From Okamejei kenojei (lineage: Eukaryota): 64,000 bases of DNA. The stretch spans positions 25,544,001-25,608,000 of the forward strand of contig CM069150.1 of the NCBI GenBank assembly GCA_035221665.1, given 5' to 3'. The position numbers and the translations under genes were made by a program. The notes beneath the pieces are model-generated. The model worked only from the letters and a program-made list of their open reading frames with translations. It searched no databases and was not told where the DNA came from. Of the stretch, positions 24,624-38,533 are shown piece by piece (within the stretch, counting starts at the first letter, position 1; the number at the start of each line of letters is the position of its first letter).

Positions 24624-25327
24624 TCAAGTGCAGAGAAGATGTTGCCAAGACTTGAGGGCATCAGATGTACGAAATGGTTGGGCATGCTAGGACTTTATTC
24701 CTTGGAGTGCAGGAGGATGAAGGATGATCTTATAGAGGTGTATAAGATCAGCAGGGGAATAGATATGACAAATTGCAGCCTTTGATCCAGAGTAGGGGAT
24801 TCAAGAATCAGAGGACATTGGTTAAAGGTGGGAAGAGAAAGATTTCATAGGAACGTGAGGTGCAGCTTTTTCATCCTAAGGGTGGTGGTTGTATGGAATA
24901 AGTTGCCAGAGGAAGTAGTTGAGACATGTACTATAACAACATTTCAAGGACATTTGGACCAGTACATGGAAAGGAACGGATTAGAAGGATATGGGCCGAA
25001 CACGGGCAGGTGGGATCAGTGCAGATTGGCATCTTGGTTGGCATGGGGAAGTTGGGCTGAAGGTCCTGTTTCCATGCTGCAAGACTATAACTCTAACTTA
25101 AAAAGCATAAAAACATAAAGGCCATTTATTGTTTATAAGCAAACTATCTTCTATTGCAGTCAGTGCATAAAACATTCCATGCCCTCTGGTCCTAGAAATA
25201 AACCCCTCATTTTATGGCATTCAGCGGCAAATTACATTTCAACCTGATTGACGCCAATATATTCTATAATTGTCCCAGGTTTGCTGTGATGCAAGTTGAA
25301 CATAATACAATAATAATTGTACCCTAA

Positions 25328-25939
25328 AGGGGCTGTCCCACTGTAGCGACCTAATCTGTGAGTTTAGAAGAGTTTGCCTTCGACTCATACTTGCAGCGTG
25401 GTCGACACGAGGTCCTAGGAGGTCCTATGAGGTCACTGGAACTCTCCTTCATGCTCGAGGGAAGTTCCCGAATACTCGCGGCCTCAGCTAGGTCTGCGAG
25501 TAAAAGTTGGTCAGCATGGTTCTTTTTAACTCATAGTGCATTGGAGTGGGGTCGCTATTTAGTTACAGGCAGTCGAGGGCATCCCGTAGGCAATCTTCTT
25601 CTCCGGGATATTTCAATTGGCTCATTGGAGGTTTCAGGACCAGGGATAACCGACCAGTAGGTTAAATGCCTGCTAAACTTTATTATACTTCTCTAAAGTG
25701 TCTCCACTACTTCTTCCCCTCTCTCCCCCCTTCTCTCTCCTTCCCTCCCCCTCTCTCCCCTTCTCCTCCCTTCTCTCCCCCCCCCCCCAGAATTTCAGAC
25801 AGCACTCCCCCACTTTCCCTGGCCCCCGCCTTTGCGATGTGTTTGTGCGTGTGTGCGGTCGGTCGATCCAGCTCGAGGTTGAAGGTCGAAGACACTCTTC
25901 TTAACTCACGGATTAGATTGCCACAGTGGGACATACCCT
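25328..25939. mobile_element. PIF/Harbinger-type non-autonomous DNA transposon
   Basis: Imperfect TIRs of about 45 bp (aggggctgtcccactgtagcgacctaatc / gattagattgccacagtgggacataccct). TAA TSD at 25325-25327 and 25940-25942. Confidence 0.9.
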
Positions 25940-25959
25940 TAAGTTCTTACTTCCATTAA

Positions 25960-26085
25960 ATTACTCGCACAAACTGGCTGTCGTGGTTCCTATTTTACAG
26001 TAGTCAGGCACTTCATTACTGATAAGCATATTGGGTCAGCTTTGGAATGTGAAATGCACTTTACAAATGCAAGTCTTTTCTTTCT
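25960..26085 (+). mobile_element. SacSINE1/DeuSINE-like 3' fragment
   Basis: gcacaaactggctg...cacttcatt...aaatgcaagtctttt. Confidence 0.6.
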
Positions 26086-26204
26086 GGTATGTGGTAAATA
26101 AGGTATGTGGTAGAAAAAATATAAATGAATGCACTAGTTTGCAAAAAAAAAGATTGAAGTCAAGATTAAGGATCTGAGGATGTTGTTCAGGAGGGAGAAC
26201 ACAG

Positions 26205-26505
26205 GGGAGGCACGGTGGTGCAGTGTCGAGATACTGTCTTACAGCACTTGCAGCGCCGGAGACCCGGTTTATATCCCGACCACAGGATCTGTATGGAGTT
26301 TGTATGTTCTCCCCGGGACCGCGTGGGTTTTTCCGAGATCTTTGGTTTCCTCCCACACTTCAAAGACGTACAGGTATGTAGATTAATTGGTGTTTTGTAT
26401 GTGTAAATCGTCCCAAATGTGTGCAGGAATCACTAGTCGGTACGGACTCGGTGGGCCGAAGGGTATATTTCTGCGCTGTATCTCTAAACTAAACTAAACT
26501 AAACT
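26205..26505 (+). mobile_element. HE1-like V-SINE
   Basis: ggcacggtggtgcag head, core and (ctaaa)n tail. Confidence 0.9.
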
Positions 26506-26729
26506 ATACAGTTCAAAGGGTGTATTTAAGAGTCATTCTTCTTGTCACCTTTTTTCCTTGTACATGTTGAGGATTGAACATGCAGTACAAGACACCAAAT
26601 GTTATTTTGTTGATACTACATAGCGTGATTAATAAATAGTTGAGACAGTGGGAGAGGACATCAAATTAACACAATCAACAGATAGATAACAGTTGAAAAT
26701 TAATTACAGAAATTATATAATTATATGGG

Positions 26730-27975
26730 GTGATATATTTGGTGTAAACAATAAGGGAATGGAATTATGAATTCAATGGAATCATGATGCGGCTCTATAG
26801 AGTTTGCTTAGTCTGCGTTTAGAATATTGTGAGCAGTTCTGGTCGCCCCATTACCAGAAAGGTGTGGAGGTTTGGAGAGGGCACAGAGCAGGTTTACCAG
26901 AATGCTGTCTGGATTAGAGGGTTTGAGCTACAGAGAGAGGTTGGACAGACTTGGAATGATTTCTCTTGAACATCGGAGGTTGAGGGGAGACTTGATAGAA
27001 GTATGTAAAATTATGAGAAGCGTAGATAGGATAGAGAGATATCTATTTTTCCCAGGGCTGGGGAGTCTAAAACTAAAGGGCTCAGGTTTAATGTGAACGG
27101 GAATAAATGTAAAGAAAATCTGAATGGTGTATTTTTTTCACACAGAGGGTGCTGAATATCTGGAATTTTATTACATTAAAATTGCAATTGGACAGGTAGT
27201 AGGATAGCAAAGGCATGGAGGAATGCCTTTATAGCAAAGATCTTGGAGCGGTGCAAGATGGTCCACTCCTGTAAAATCCTATGGACTGACGTGTAGTACG
27301 CAACGGAGCGCAACTTCAGCCATTTCAATAAACCAGACCCAACTTCAGTTATGCCTCTCACAGCATAATCAGCATTGCGGGGGGACAGTTTGCATGTTTT
27401 TAAATGTTTTAAAAATTTTTTTTTAATTTTTTTCTTCTTAAATGGCTCATGTCCTGTGTTTGAATTGATTTTTGTATTAAACTTGCAGTAATTTATCTAA
27501 TCCTATTGATCACAACTTCATGTATGCACCCATAAAGCTGATACACACATATATAAATGTGATATAGATGCATATAATTATATAACACACACACGTACAT
27601 ATTTTTCTAGTTTCTTATATATATAAAAACACATATATATTCATTATATATATATATATGATGCATATATATATATATGTGTGACATATACGTACATAAA
27701 CATATAACACACATCTATATATATATTCTCTTGTGATCTCTAATTATTTGTTGAGCAACCTTTTTCTTTCTTTCTTTCATTCATTCATTCATTCATTCAA
27801 CTAATCTCTCTCTTTCCCTCTATGAAATCCTAATCCGCTCTAAGGTCTTTGCTTTATAGCAGATAAAATGGGCTGAATGCAGGCAAATGAGATTAGTGCG
27901 AACAAGCATCATGGTTAACATCGGCTGAAAGGACCCATTTCTATGTTGTATAATTCCATGATTTTATGATTCTAT
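26730..27975 (+). mobile_element. CR1 3' region interrupted by a MITE
   Basis: ORF 26872-27096 contains RFTRMLSGLEGLSYRERL..RRLRGDLIEV. Confidence 0.85.
27235..27851. mobile_element. Non-autonomous DNA transposon with 8-bp TSD (hAT- or P-type)
   Basis: TIRs caaagatcttggagcgg / ccgctctaaggtctttg. TSD ctttatag at 27227-27234 and 27852-27859. Internal (AT)n and (ATTC)n tracts. Confidence 0.85.
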
Positions 27976-30349
27976 TCCAACTGGAAACTTATAATTACCC
28001 AGTAATTTAAAACTCTCAGCAACTTTCCACAGGAGTGAAAAAGATTAAGAGATCTAGCAGTTTTACAATTATAAGGGGTTACAATGGTGCAAATGTACAC
28101 AAATCAATTTTCAAAATAATTGTCAAAGAAACAGTGGGTTAGAGACCAATTTGTCTTTTAATTTACAATAGGATAATTGATTTAAAGAGAAAATGCAGAT
28201 GAAAACAATACAGTAAATAAGAGTTGATGGTTGTATTTACCTTGTAGTTCATCATCTATTCATAATTTTACTGTGAAGAAAATGTGCATGCTATTATTCT
28301 ACACTGACAGAGTACAAAGTATTCATTTATTGATAAAAAAATTTCTGAATGAGATTTGATTTTACATTAAAAAACAGCATCCTCACTGAAGAAAATTGTA
28401 ATACATAAGGTTGGTACACGATAACTTGCATCAGCCTTTCCTGTTTTTTTAAGCCATTTTGTTTTCTTTGACTCTCAACTAGTGTAATTCTTCCTGGAGG
28501 GTTCAACTGTGCAATTCCATTTGGACATAAAATAAAGGTATTTTAGTTTCAATAGGATATGCTGTTCCTAAGCATTCCCTCCCCCCACCCCCCCACCCCT
28601 CCTCTTGTGTTTAAGATTTTCCTTATTTATGAAGAGATTGAATATGTTCACATTTTCATATGTGAGTAATGCTATAAATAGTACAAATGGTATAATAGAT
28701 AGATAATAGATAAGGAAAGGAATAAAATATTCTGCCGATAAAATATTTCACATCAATTTGAAGCCTTTTTTATGTGAATTTCGTTCATTGATTTTTTACT
28801 TTATGAACTATTCTAGCCCTGGTGGATAATTGTACTGTAGAATGAGGATTTTCCACGTTGTACAACGGCTGGCTGGTTTTCTTAATGCATTATATTGTGG
28901 GACAATAAACACTTTGTAACTGGGTAGAATCCTTTGTTTGACTTGTCTCATTCTGAAGATCATTACTGTCTTTCAAACTATGGTTATAATTAACCATTGT
29001 TTGAGAATTATAAATTTGGGTTGATATCATGCAAATAAACTATATGAAAGGTCAATTGTATGAGGCTATTCTATCTGTGTAATGCAAATTATCACTGATA
29101 AGTGAGTGATATAATGATTTTAGATGCACGTTACATGAGAAATTGCCTTGAATGAACATGTGAATGCTACATGTATGCCTAGAACAATGCAAAACATATT
29201 ATTTGATTCCAGTATAATGAGGTTCACCTCTGTCAAAGCTTCCAAAACTGTTGAAAATGTAATTTGTATTCCACTGGCCTTTAGAATACTCATATCATAT
29301 GTTATTAGTTGTTTAATAAATTATTTTACGTATTACTGATGTTTACTATTCTATTAAGGACTGATCATTTTGGGTGCAGTGTTAAAGGAGTGAACTAGTT
29401 AAAACCTGAAACATTATCTTTTGTTGCTGAATCTCAAACTCTGTACTGTATTTCCATGACCTAATTTGTCTATAACTAAAAGAAGGGAAGCAGAATATAG
29501 TTTGGTATACAATTGGCTACATTTACTGCTGTATTAGCGATGGCCAATTTGAAAATGTATCAAAGAGGAACCAGAACAAAATATGTTTGCAATTTCAGTT
29601 GGACAATTAGCACTTTTTGGCCTGAATTTAAACCACGCCAGCTGTGCAAACTGAAACAGTAAAAAAAAACACTACTTAAAGGATTTAAAAGTCAGTTTTG
29701 TGAAAGATTCATTTCAATTATGCCATGAGTGTACAAAGTACATTCTGGTGCTGGGTTTTGTGACAGAGCATATGTTTTTCCCATGGCTTGTTTCACAAAC
29801 TAGTTGCTTGGATACACAGAATTTTGTTATTGCAATAATAAAAAAGACACCAATCCAAAAAAAGTCTCCGTATTGGCATCTTCATGGTGGGACTTACTTG
29901 TTATTGTGACTAACTAACGAATGAATTAGTGCTGGGTTCTAACAGCACCAATTCCACTGTTCAGATTAGCAGACCTTTAAAACAAAGAACTTTCTTTCTT
30001 GGATTCATTCTGCGGAATTTCTCTGCTACCGATAAATCAAATTTGCAAAACCTTTTAATTAACCTTTTCACTTATTTCCCAGGCTTTCACACACTGATGT
30101 ATAGAGAACCCTAATTAGATTGACAATGTTCACTGAAACTCTGAAAGATCTTATTAAAGGAATTGCTGATAAAGCTGGTCAGTGGGACTCCAGTTAATTC
30201 ACTGTTCGCTTAAGTGCATTTAATACGCAAATATTCACCTAATGATCCTATAAGCTTTCATATTCATAGTGACCTATTTAATTTTTGTTGTATATGTCTA
30301 TGGTCTGTGCTTAAATTACCGTTTTTATAACTGCTTGCCATGGTGTGAC

Positions 30350-30800
30350 ATATTCATTGTGGCTCAGTATGTAGCATTTTTGCATCAATCAGAAGGTTCT
30401 GGGTTAATAGTTCACTCCAGAAACTTGAGCACAAAATCCAGGCTGATGCACAGAACGAAGATAGTTCTGCAAAAGCATTACTAGCACCTTTCACTTGAGA
30501 AGTTAAACCAGCCTTTACAGGAAAAAGATTTTCAATTGCCCAATGCAATAATGCTTTTGAAGAAAACGCAAAGTTATCCCAGGTGTCATTTATCCCTAAC
30601 CACATCTTTTAAAGCAGATTACCCGGTCATTATCTTATTGCTGGCTGTGGATATATAATGCACAATTACAGCCTTCCTTACATCATGACAGTGACAACAC
30701 TTGAAAGGGAAATTTCATTTGGTGCTAACTGCTTTGGAACTTCCTTAAAGGCCCTTGGTATATTTCATTAGAAAACCTCAGACAATGAGGCTTTCTTTTA
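30350..30800 (+). mobile_element. SacSINE1-like DeuSINE, old copy
   Basis: Recognised from memory of the family: cagaaggtt...cactccagaaacttgagcacaaaatccaggctga...cagattacccggtcattatc...acagtgacaacactt. Confidence 0.75.
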
Positions 30801-31371
30801 AAAGCTACTTTTTTCTTTTCTTTACGTACAATTTACTTTTCCTCAGGGATGAATTCAGGGATGGGCTTCGGCTTGGGATTTGGCCTTCATTCAAGAGCCT
30901 TGTGTATCATGTGGTATTTATCCACCACTGGAATGATTCCACAAGTGCAGGAGAGTATTGACTCCATCTGTGGTAATTATATTTTAAATTTTTTTATTGT
31001 TGCTTTGAGACGGAACTTGGATTTTCCGTTCTGACTCTGCCAGATTTCAGATGGATCTTGGGCAGGCAGTGGTGGAAAATTGGCCTGGGAGTCTTTCTGG
31101 TCTCTATCGATTGCTGCCACTTTCAAGATTTTCTGGAAAAGATGACCTGAGCCATGGAATATTTTCTTCCAAACAGTGATGGGGATGTTCACATTGCACA
31201 GCAATTGTAGAATATCATCATATGTTACATTTTCTGTTATTAGTTTTATATTCGTGATGGAAACACAGTGAGAGAGTTGATTTAAAACATATATGGCTCT
31301 GCTGTAAATATAGGTTGAAAATATTCTTAGGAAATGTATTTTTTTAGTAATTTTGCAAAACGATCCAGGAC

Positions 31372-31665
31372 AAGGGGTCACATTTTAAGGATAAGGGGGA
31401 AATCTTTTAGGACCGAGATGAGAAAAACATTTTCACACAGAGAGTGATGAATCTCTGGAATTCTCTGCCCCAGAAGGTAGTTGAGGCCAGTTCATTGGCT
31501 ATATTTAAGAGGGAGTTAGATGTGGCCCTTGTGGCTAAAGGGATCAGTGGGTATGGAGAGAAGGCAGGTAAGGGATACTGAGTTGGATGATCAGCCATGA
31601 TCATATTGAATGACGGTGCAGGCTCGAAGGGCTGAATGGCCTACTCCTGCACCTATTTTCTATGA
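31372..31665 (+). mobile_element. CR1 3' end
   Basis: cacagagagtgatgaatctctggaattc...gaatggcctactcctgcacctatt. Confidence 0.9.
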
Positions 31666-33629
31666 TTTTACCTATAGCCCAAGTTTTAATTGTGACCAGA
31701 TACTTACTTTGTTTATATTTCGCACTCTTCCTACGATTGTCCTCCCTGCATCTATGTGCCATGCCTGCTGGGCTATACAGCAATGTGAATCAGTATACAA
31801 TGCACAATTAATGAGATATGTGAAGTTCTCCTCTGCATGTAAAATTTCTGAGAAGCATGGGCCTCAAACAGTATCGTAGATGTTAACCAGAAAGTCGAGT
31901 CCCAAATAAGAACCCTTTCTGCAACCTCTACTTTCTGCAACAGTGGGGGATTACAGTGGAAGGGATTCTGCACACGACTGATGCACTGTCTATTGTACTT
32001 CACGTCTTGAATCCTTGCGTGTGCTGTGCCATCAGCCGAAAATGACAATGGGACCCAAAGCGGGAACTGCTCCAAGCATAAATGCATTGAAGAATTTCTA
32101 GCCCAATATTTATTGTAATCTGTCACATTGTGACTAAAGCAGAAGTCGCTCTATTCATAAACAATTGAATTCTATTTTCAATTGCTCCAGATCAGTAGCT
32201 GTATTCTGCTGCAGCAGATAGACAATTGATTAAATGGACGAATATTCTTCAAAATATCTCCTGCAACAAATATGTACTGATGATGTAAATCACATTCATA
32301 ACTTTCCATGAGCCAAAAAACATTTTAAGATGGCTTTATGTTCAAAGAAAAATTCAAACCTACTTTACTCTGAAAATTAGTTGTAGGATCATCATAATTA
32401 TGTGAATAATTGTGTAGTTAACATTTGCAATGTTGATTCTTGACTCATTTGAGGACTGAGGGATGAGGATTACAGGCGTAGGATTGAGACACTGGGCTTG
32501 TTCTTTGCAGGGAAAGGCAGGCAGATAAAGGATGTGATGGAGATGTTCCAAATAAAGATGGTTCCAAACAAAGCAGATAGAGAGAACCCTTTCTCATTGG
32601 CAAAACGATAAAACACAGATATAAGTTCATGTGCAAAACAATATATGATGACATAAATATTTTTTATGTAGTGAATGGATGGCACCTGGATTGTATTATC
32701 TGACAGGACAGCATTTGGAAGTAAAGATGTTCCATTAGTAGGCAGGATGAAAGTTGGATTGAGACAATTTGCATTAGTTAGTGAAAACTAACCCCTTTCT
32801 CCTTTAGCTGCTGGGTTACTCTTCTTCCTCCCTTTCTTGGTACTGCTGTTTAAACCCACTCTCTCCATTACAGTTGATTCCAAATGTTTAAGAAATGTAC
32901 AGAACAGCAGAAATCAAATGGGTTTAATAAATCAGTGCAAGAGCACAGAGGATAGAGTGAATGTGAATCGAGAACGAATCTGGGGGAGAAAAACATAGTA
33001 ATTGCCTTAAAAATGCAGCACAGTGCAGTGATTTGGTGGAGCAGTCCATGGTGTGGTATTCTCATGCTGTACAGCTCAATCAAGATAGAAGGAAGGGTGT
33101 CATTTCAGAGGAAAAACTATGAAAGTAAAGTGGTTAGAAGGAATGAGACATGAAAAAAAATTCAAACTAGTCACAGCAGTGTTGCCTGAACTTGCAAACC
33201 ACAAACAATCCCTGCATGTGTGATATAAATTCCAGCAAACCACTACACCCAAATGCTTATTATATTTTTACCACACAAGCTCTGAAACCACCAGTATGAT
33301 TAACTTTTAGGAGAATATTGTTAATGATTTGTTCAGATTTTATATTATTTGCTGATGCCAATTTTTGTGCACAGAGGAACAAAATTAGCTCTGCATTAAT
33401 TTTTGATCCGAAGACCATTTATGGTTGCAGAAAGAGGCACAATTACAATAGACCTAAAGGATTACAATGGTGACCTGAGGGTAACATTTATTGTGGCCTA
33501 CATCAAGCTCATAATTGACAGACTTGGAGAACCAAGGTTCGTCCAATATCAGAACAAACTGCTAGCTTCCATCATGATTTCCCAGGCATCATGCAAACAC
33601 AGTCTGATAAGAAGTCCACTATGAATGAT

Positions 33630-34910
33630 CTAAACATAAATGTAGATGGATTGGCGAGTAAGTTTGCTGACACCACCAAAATTGGAGGAGTTGCAGACAG
33701 TGAGGAATGGTGTCAGAAGGTACCATGAGAGGAACAGGTCGGGTAGACGTAGAGTCTTTAGCCTAGTGTAGGAGAATCGAGAATTAGAGGACCTAGGTTT
33801 AAGGTGAGGGGGGAAAGATTTAATGGGAACCGGAGTGGTGGTGGGTGTTTGGAACGAGCAGCTGGAGCACGTGGTTGAGATAGGTACTATCGCAACATTT
33901 AAGAAACAATCAGATGGGACCGGTGTAGATGAGACATGTTGGTCGGTGTGGGCATGTTGGATCAAAGGGCCAGTTTCCATGTTATTCTATGGTTGAGTAA
34001 ATTTGCTGATGACACCAAAATTGGAGGAGTTGTTGACAATGAGGAAGGTTGTCAGAAGATACAGCATGTATCGATCAGCTACAGAAATGGGTAGAGTAAT
34101 GGCAGATGGGGTTTAACCTGTGCAAGTGTGAGGTGTTGCATTCTGGGAGATTCAATGTAAGGAGTATACAGTTAATGGCAAAATCCTCAACAGCAATGAT
34201 ATGCAGATAGATCTTGGAGTCCAAGTTCATAGCTCACTGAAGATGGCAGCACAGATAGATTGGGTGGTAAAGAAGGAGTATGGCATGCTTACCTTCATTG
34301 CTAGGGGCTTTGAATATAAAATTCAGGAAGACATGATGCAACTTTGATTAGGCCACATTTGGAGTATTGCATGCAGTTCTGGTCACATCATTATCGGAAA
34401 GATGTGGAAGCCTTGGAAGGGATGCAGAGGCGGATTTCCAAAATACTGCCTATATTGGAGGGTTTCTGCTGCAGGGAGAGGTAGGATAGTGTTGGATTGG
34501 TTACTCTGGAATGCCAGAGGTTGAGGAAAGACTTGATAGAAGCTTATACAATTATGAGAGGCATAGATAGGGAAGACAGTCAGAACCTTTTTTGCCACAG
34601 TGGAAATGTACAACAGAATAGGGCATAGCTATAATATGAGAGAGGGAAAGTTTAAGGGCGATGTGTGAGGCAGGTTTTTTTACACTTAGATTAGTGGGGG
34701 CCTGGAACATTTTGCTGGGGGTAGTGATGGAGGCAGATACGTCAGTGGTGTTTTGAGAGACCTTTAGATGGGCACATGGAAGTGTAGGGAATAGAAGGAT
34801 ATGGATCATGATGGCAGATGAGATCAGTTTAACTTGGCATCTTGTTCGCTGCAAACATTGTGAGCTGAGGGGCCCATTACTGTGCAGTACAGTCCTATAT
34901 TCTATGTCCC
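33630..34910 (+). mobile_element. CR1 fragments (two juxtaposed copies)
   Basis: SKFADDTKIGGV-like motif occurs twice (33660 and 34000), followed by RT C-terminus and 3'UTR. Confidence 0.85.
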
Positions 34911-35009
34911 AGGAGTGCATATTGATTATTACCTAAGCTAATTAATAAAGCATGTCAGAAAATAGGATTTCTCTAAAGGGAAATGCATGATAGACATATT
35001 GTCATCCTT

Positions 35010-35336
35010 ATAGTTTAGTTTAGTTTAGCTTAGAGATACAGCGCAGAAAGAGGCCCTTCGGCCCACCAAGTTGGCACTGACCAACAATCCCTGCACATTA
35101 ACACTACCCTACACACACTCGGGATAATTTTACATTTTGTATTTATACCAAGCCAATTAACCTGCAAACCTGTACATCTTTGGAGTGTGGGAGCAAGCCA
35201 AAGTTCGCAGAGAAAACCCTTGCAGGTCACGGGGAGAACGTACAAACTCTGTACAGACAGCACCCATAGGCAGGATCAAACTCCGGTCTCTGGGGCTGTA
35301 AGGCAGTATCTCTACTGCTACACCACTGTACCACCC
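35010..35336 (-). mobile_element. HE1-like V-SINE
   Basis: Same head, core and tail as the other copies. Confidence 0.9.
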
Positions 35337-35427
35337 ACTTGTTTTGACATCAATGATCTGGGAAATTCTGAGAATGTCATGGGGTCTTTGGCACACCAGC
35401 TCAAAAAAGTCCTCTGGGAGAGAGTAA

Positions 35428-35995
35428 AGGGCCTGTCCCACTTAGGCTATATTTTAGGCGACAAGGCTGTCGCCACATGGTCGCCGGGGTGTCGCCTGTG
35501 TGGTCGTGAGTCGTCTCCTCAGTCGCCCAAAGAGTCGTAGCATCTTTCCGGTCACCACTGGATTTTCAACATGTTCAAATATTTTCGGTGACAGTTGGCG
35601 ACAGTGGGTTGACGCCAATGTCTTCTCCTGACATAGGTGCTGTCGTAGGGTGTCGCCAGGTGACGTAGGCTGTTGCCAGTGCTGACTTCGGTGAATTCCA
35701 TTGTCGACTACCTATGTCAACCTACGCCAACCGGCGACAGGTACCGGCGAGTGAATTGGCCTCAGTTGTCGCTGACAGGGTCGTAGCTTGTCGTAGGTTG
35801 TCGCTTGTGGGCGTAGGTTGATTTCAGTTGTTGTAGGTTGTCGTTTGTATGGTCGTTGCTTGTCGTAGGTGTGGTTGTATGTGGATGTCGTAATGGGTCG
35901 CCGGTTGTTGGTAGCTTGCCATAGATGATGTCGACTTGGTGGTAGGTTGTTGTAGCTTGTCGTAGACATTGTCGTAGACATTGTGGGGGGGGTCT
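35428..35995. mobile_element. Truncated Harbinger-type MITE (left TIR only) with TGTCGTAG-rich interior
   Basis: The end taa|agggcctgtcccactt matches the terminus at 25328. No right TIR seen. Confidence 0.7.
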
Positions 35996-36780
35996 CAACA
36001 CAATGCAAAGATGACAAGATCATGAAACGTGCATTGTCTACTCCCAAACTGTGCAGGTGGAAAGACGTTGTATGGTTTGTCTCTCATGGCAATCACAGGT
36101 CTCAGGTAATATAGCACTGCCACACTTCATCATGTCCTGTCTTGACCTTCTCACGTGGGTGCAAAAGCCATTCAAGAGTCAAACATGCGGGGTCATTGGG
36201 CGATGTTAACAAGAGAATTTTAAGTAACTAATCACTGGAGAAGGGGCCGAGGGAAATCATCACAAGTCTTCACGATAAATAATTATATATTGCTAATATG
36301 GTAAGAAGGCTGCTAATGATGGTCTCAGTGTAGGAGTACAGGGAAACAACATTATGTTGACTAAGGCATGTTTGTAGATGTGGTCTTTGGCTTTGAAGGA
36401 CGCTGGATCAGTATCTGTGCATGACAAAGTTGATGATTCTAGACATGTAGGATTTTAGCTTAGAGGTGAATGAGTTAGGATATAATAGGGTAGCATATTA
36501 AAGAGTTATTTGAGAAATAAATTTCAACAGAATCACATGCCATACATTTTGGATGGGGCTCATTTGATCACCTTTGGGCTTTTCACAATCTACAGCTTCT
36601 TGTACCGTAATGTTGGTTATAACTGGAGAATTCTCGTGTGAGGTGAATGCATTTTGAACACAAACTCCAACAAACATACAATAGAAAATCACCTGCCTGA
36701 TAAAATATAATGTTGCAATATTCAAATTGTAATCTGTTGTTATGTTTCCAATTAAAAGCATAAATTAACCCTTTTAATTA

Positions 36781-37125
36781 GTCAAGAGTCAAGAATGTTT
36801 TATTGTCATGTCGCAGATAGAACAATTAAATTCGTATTTAATTATTTAATAGCCTGATGGTTGTAGGGAAGAAGCTGTTCCTGAACCTGGACGTTGCACT
36901 TCTCAGGCTCCTGTACCTTCTTCCCGACGTCAGTGGTGCAATGAGTGTGTGGCCAGGATGGTGTGGGTCTTTGATGATGTTGGCTGCCTTTTGAGGCAGC
37001 GACTACGATAGATCCCTTCGATGGTGGGGAGGTCAGAGCCGGCGATGGCCTGGGCAGTATTTACAACTTTTTACAGTCTTTTCCGCTCTGGACGTTCAAG
37101 TTGCCGAACCAGGCCACGATGCAGA
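36781..37125 (-). mobile_element. Rex1/Babar-type LINE 3' end
   Basis: Translates to CIVAWFGN..KVVNTAQAIAG..LPTIEGIY..IIKDPHHPGH..SGRRYRS..RFRNSFFPTTIRLLN, with a (tcttgac)n tail. Confidence 0.85.
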
Positions 37126-38533
37126 CTTTAGTGGATACAGTATATGTTTCCATAGAATGTGCAGTAAACTTCTTTGAAACCACTACATAACATGTTTATT
37201 ATTTTGTTTCTGAAGATTTAAATGTACAAGGATTGAAAGTCCTGAGAACAATTATTCACATTTTTATCAGGCGACAAAGAAATATATGATTCATAATCCT
37301 TCCATTTGATAGCCACTGTCATTATTTTTCATTCATGCCACTTCAGATTTATTGTTGGCAATAGCAAATACATTGGTACTCAGGAAACGAAGGAAAATTT
37401 CCATCTTGCCATTGGAAATATATTAAAAATATGGGAAGTTCTGCCTCCAGTGCTGAAATAAGGGTCGGCATATAAATTACCGGAGTTTTTATTTTAAAAG
37501 TTAACGCATTGGCAAGCATGTAATTTTTTTGTATTTCTGAAACAGAACATTTCTCAAAGCCAGGATTCACTATTGGAATATTTTCCAAGCTACCAGTTTG
37601 GAGCAGGAAAAGTAAGTATCCTATTTCTGAGCAAGCCAGACCCAAAAAATTAGTAAGATCACTCATAAAATTATACACTATGGTACTTTAAATATTTAGG
37701 GTTTCCTTATATATTCTGTTCCAGTTCCACTCTTTTTTTTGTAATGTTTGTCATAAGGTCATAAGGAATAGTAGAATAAGGCTATTTGGCCCATCAATTC
37801 TACACCATTCAATCGTGGTTAATCTATCTCTCCCTCCTAACCCCATTCTCCTGCCTTCTCCCCATAACCTCTGACTAATCAAGAATCTATCTATCATTGC
37901 CTTAAAAATATCCACTGACTTGACCTCAAAGAATTCCACAGATTAATCACCCTCTGACAAAATTCCTTCCGAAAAGAACATCCTTTAATTCCGAGGCTAT
38001 GACCTCTAGTCCTAGTCTCTTCCACTAGTGGAAACATCCTCTCCATGTCCACTCTATCCAAGCCTTTCACTATTCTGTATGTTTCTTTTAAAAAAAATTT
38101 TTTTTGTTAGAAGTACAATAGTGTGGTACTTGAGTACCTAATACATACATACACATTACCATTCTTGTACAACTTCGTATTTTTAATTTAATAATAAAAG
38201 AACAGTGAAAGGAAAAATAAATAAAGTGTGTCGAAATAGATAGGCAAGCGAGTAGAAACAGATAGCGAAAGAAATAAAGAACAGAGATGAAAAGCTAGAA
38301 AGATTGAAAGAAAAAGAGAAAGTAGAGAAAAGAGAAATTAGGAGAGATTTCCCTATTTCGTATTTTTGCCCATCCGTCACCCGGTTCTGAACCATTTAAT
38401 TTCTAAGGTTGTGTTATGTTGCACCATATGCTTGTAAAAAGTTGATAAAAGGGGACCAAGTCTTTAAGGGTTACACAAAAAGCTGGAGAAACTCAGCGGG
38501 TGCAGCAGCATCTAAGGAGCGAAGGAGATAGGC

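Larger units (their letters stand above)
23620..25092 (+). mobile_element. Old CR1 3' region containing a younger CR1 and a 33-bp MITE
   Basis: WAEK..MEFNADK, SSLKVEPQVDRMVKKA and a 3'UTR. Confidence 0.85.

Noticed and set aside
26205-26285. tRNA gene
   Set aside because: It is the tRNA-derived head of a V-SINE, continuous with the SINE body, and shows no full cloverleaf.
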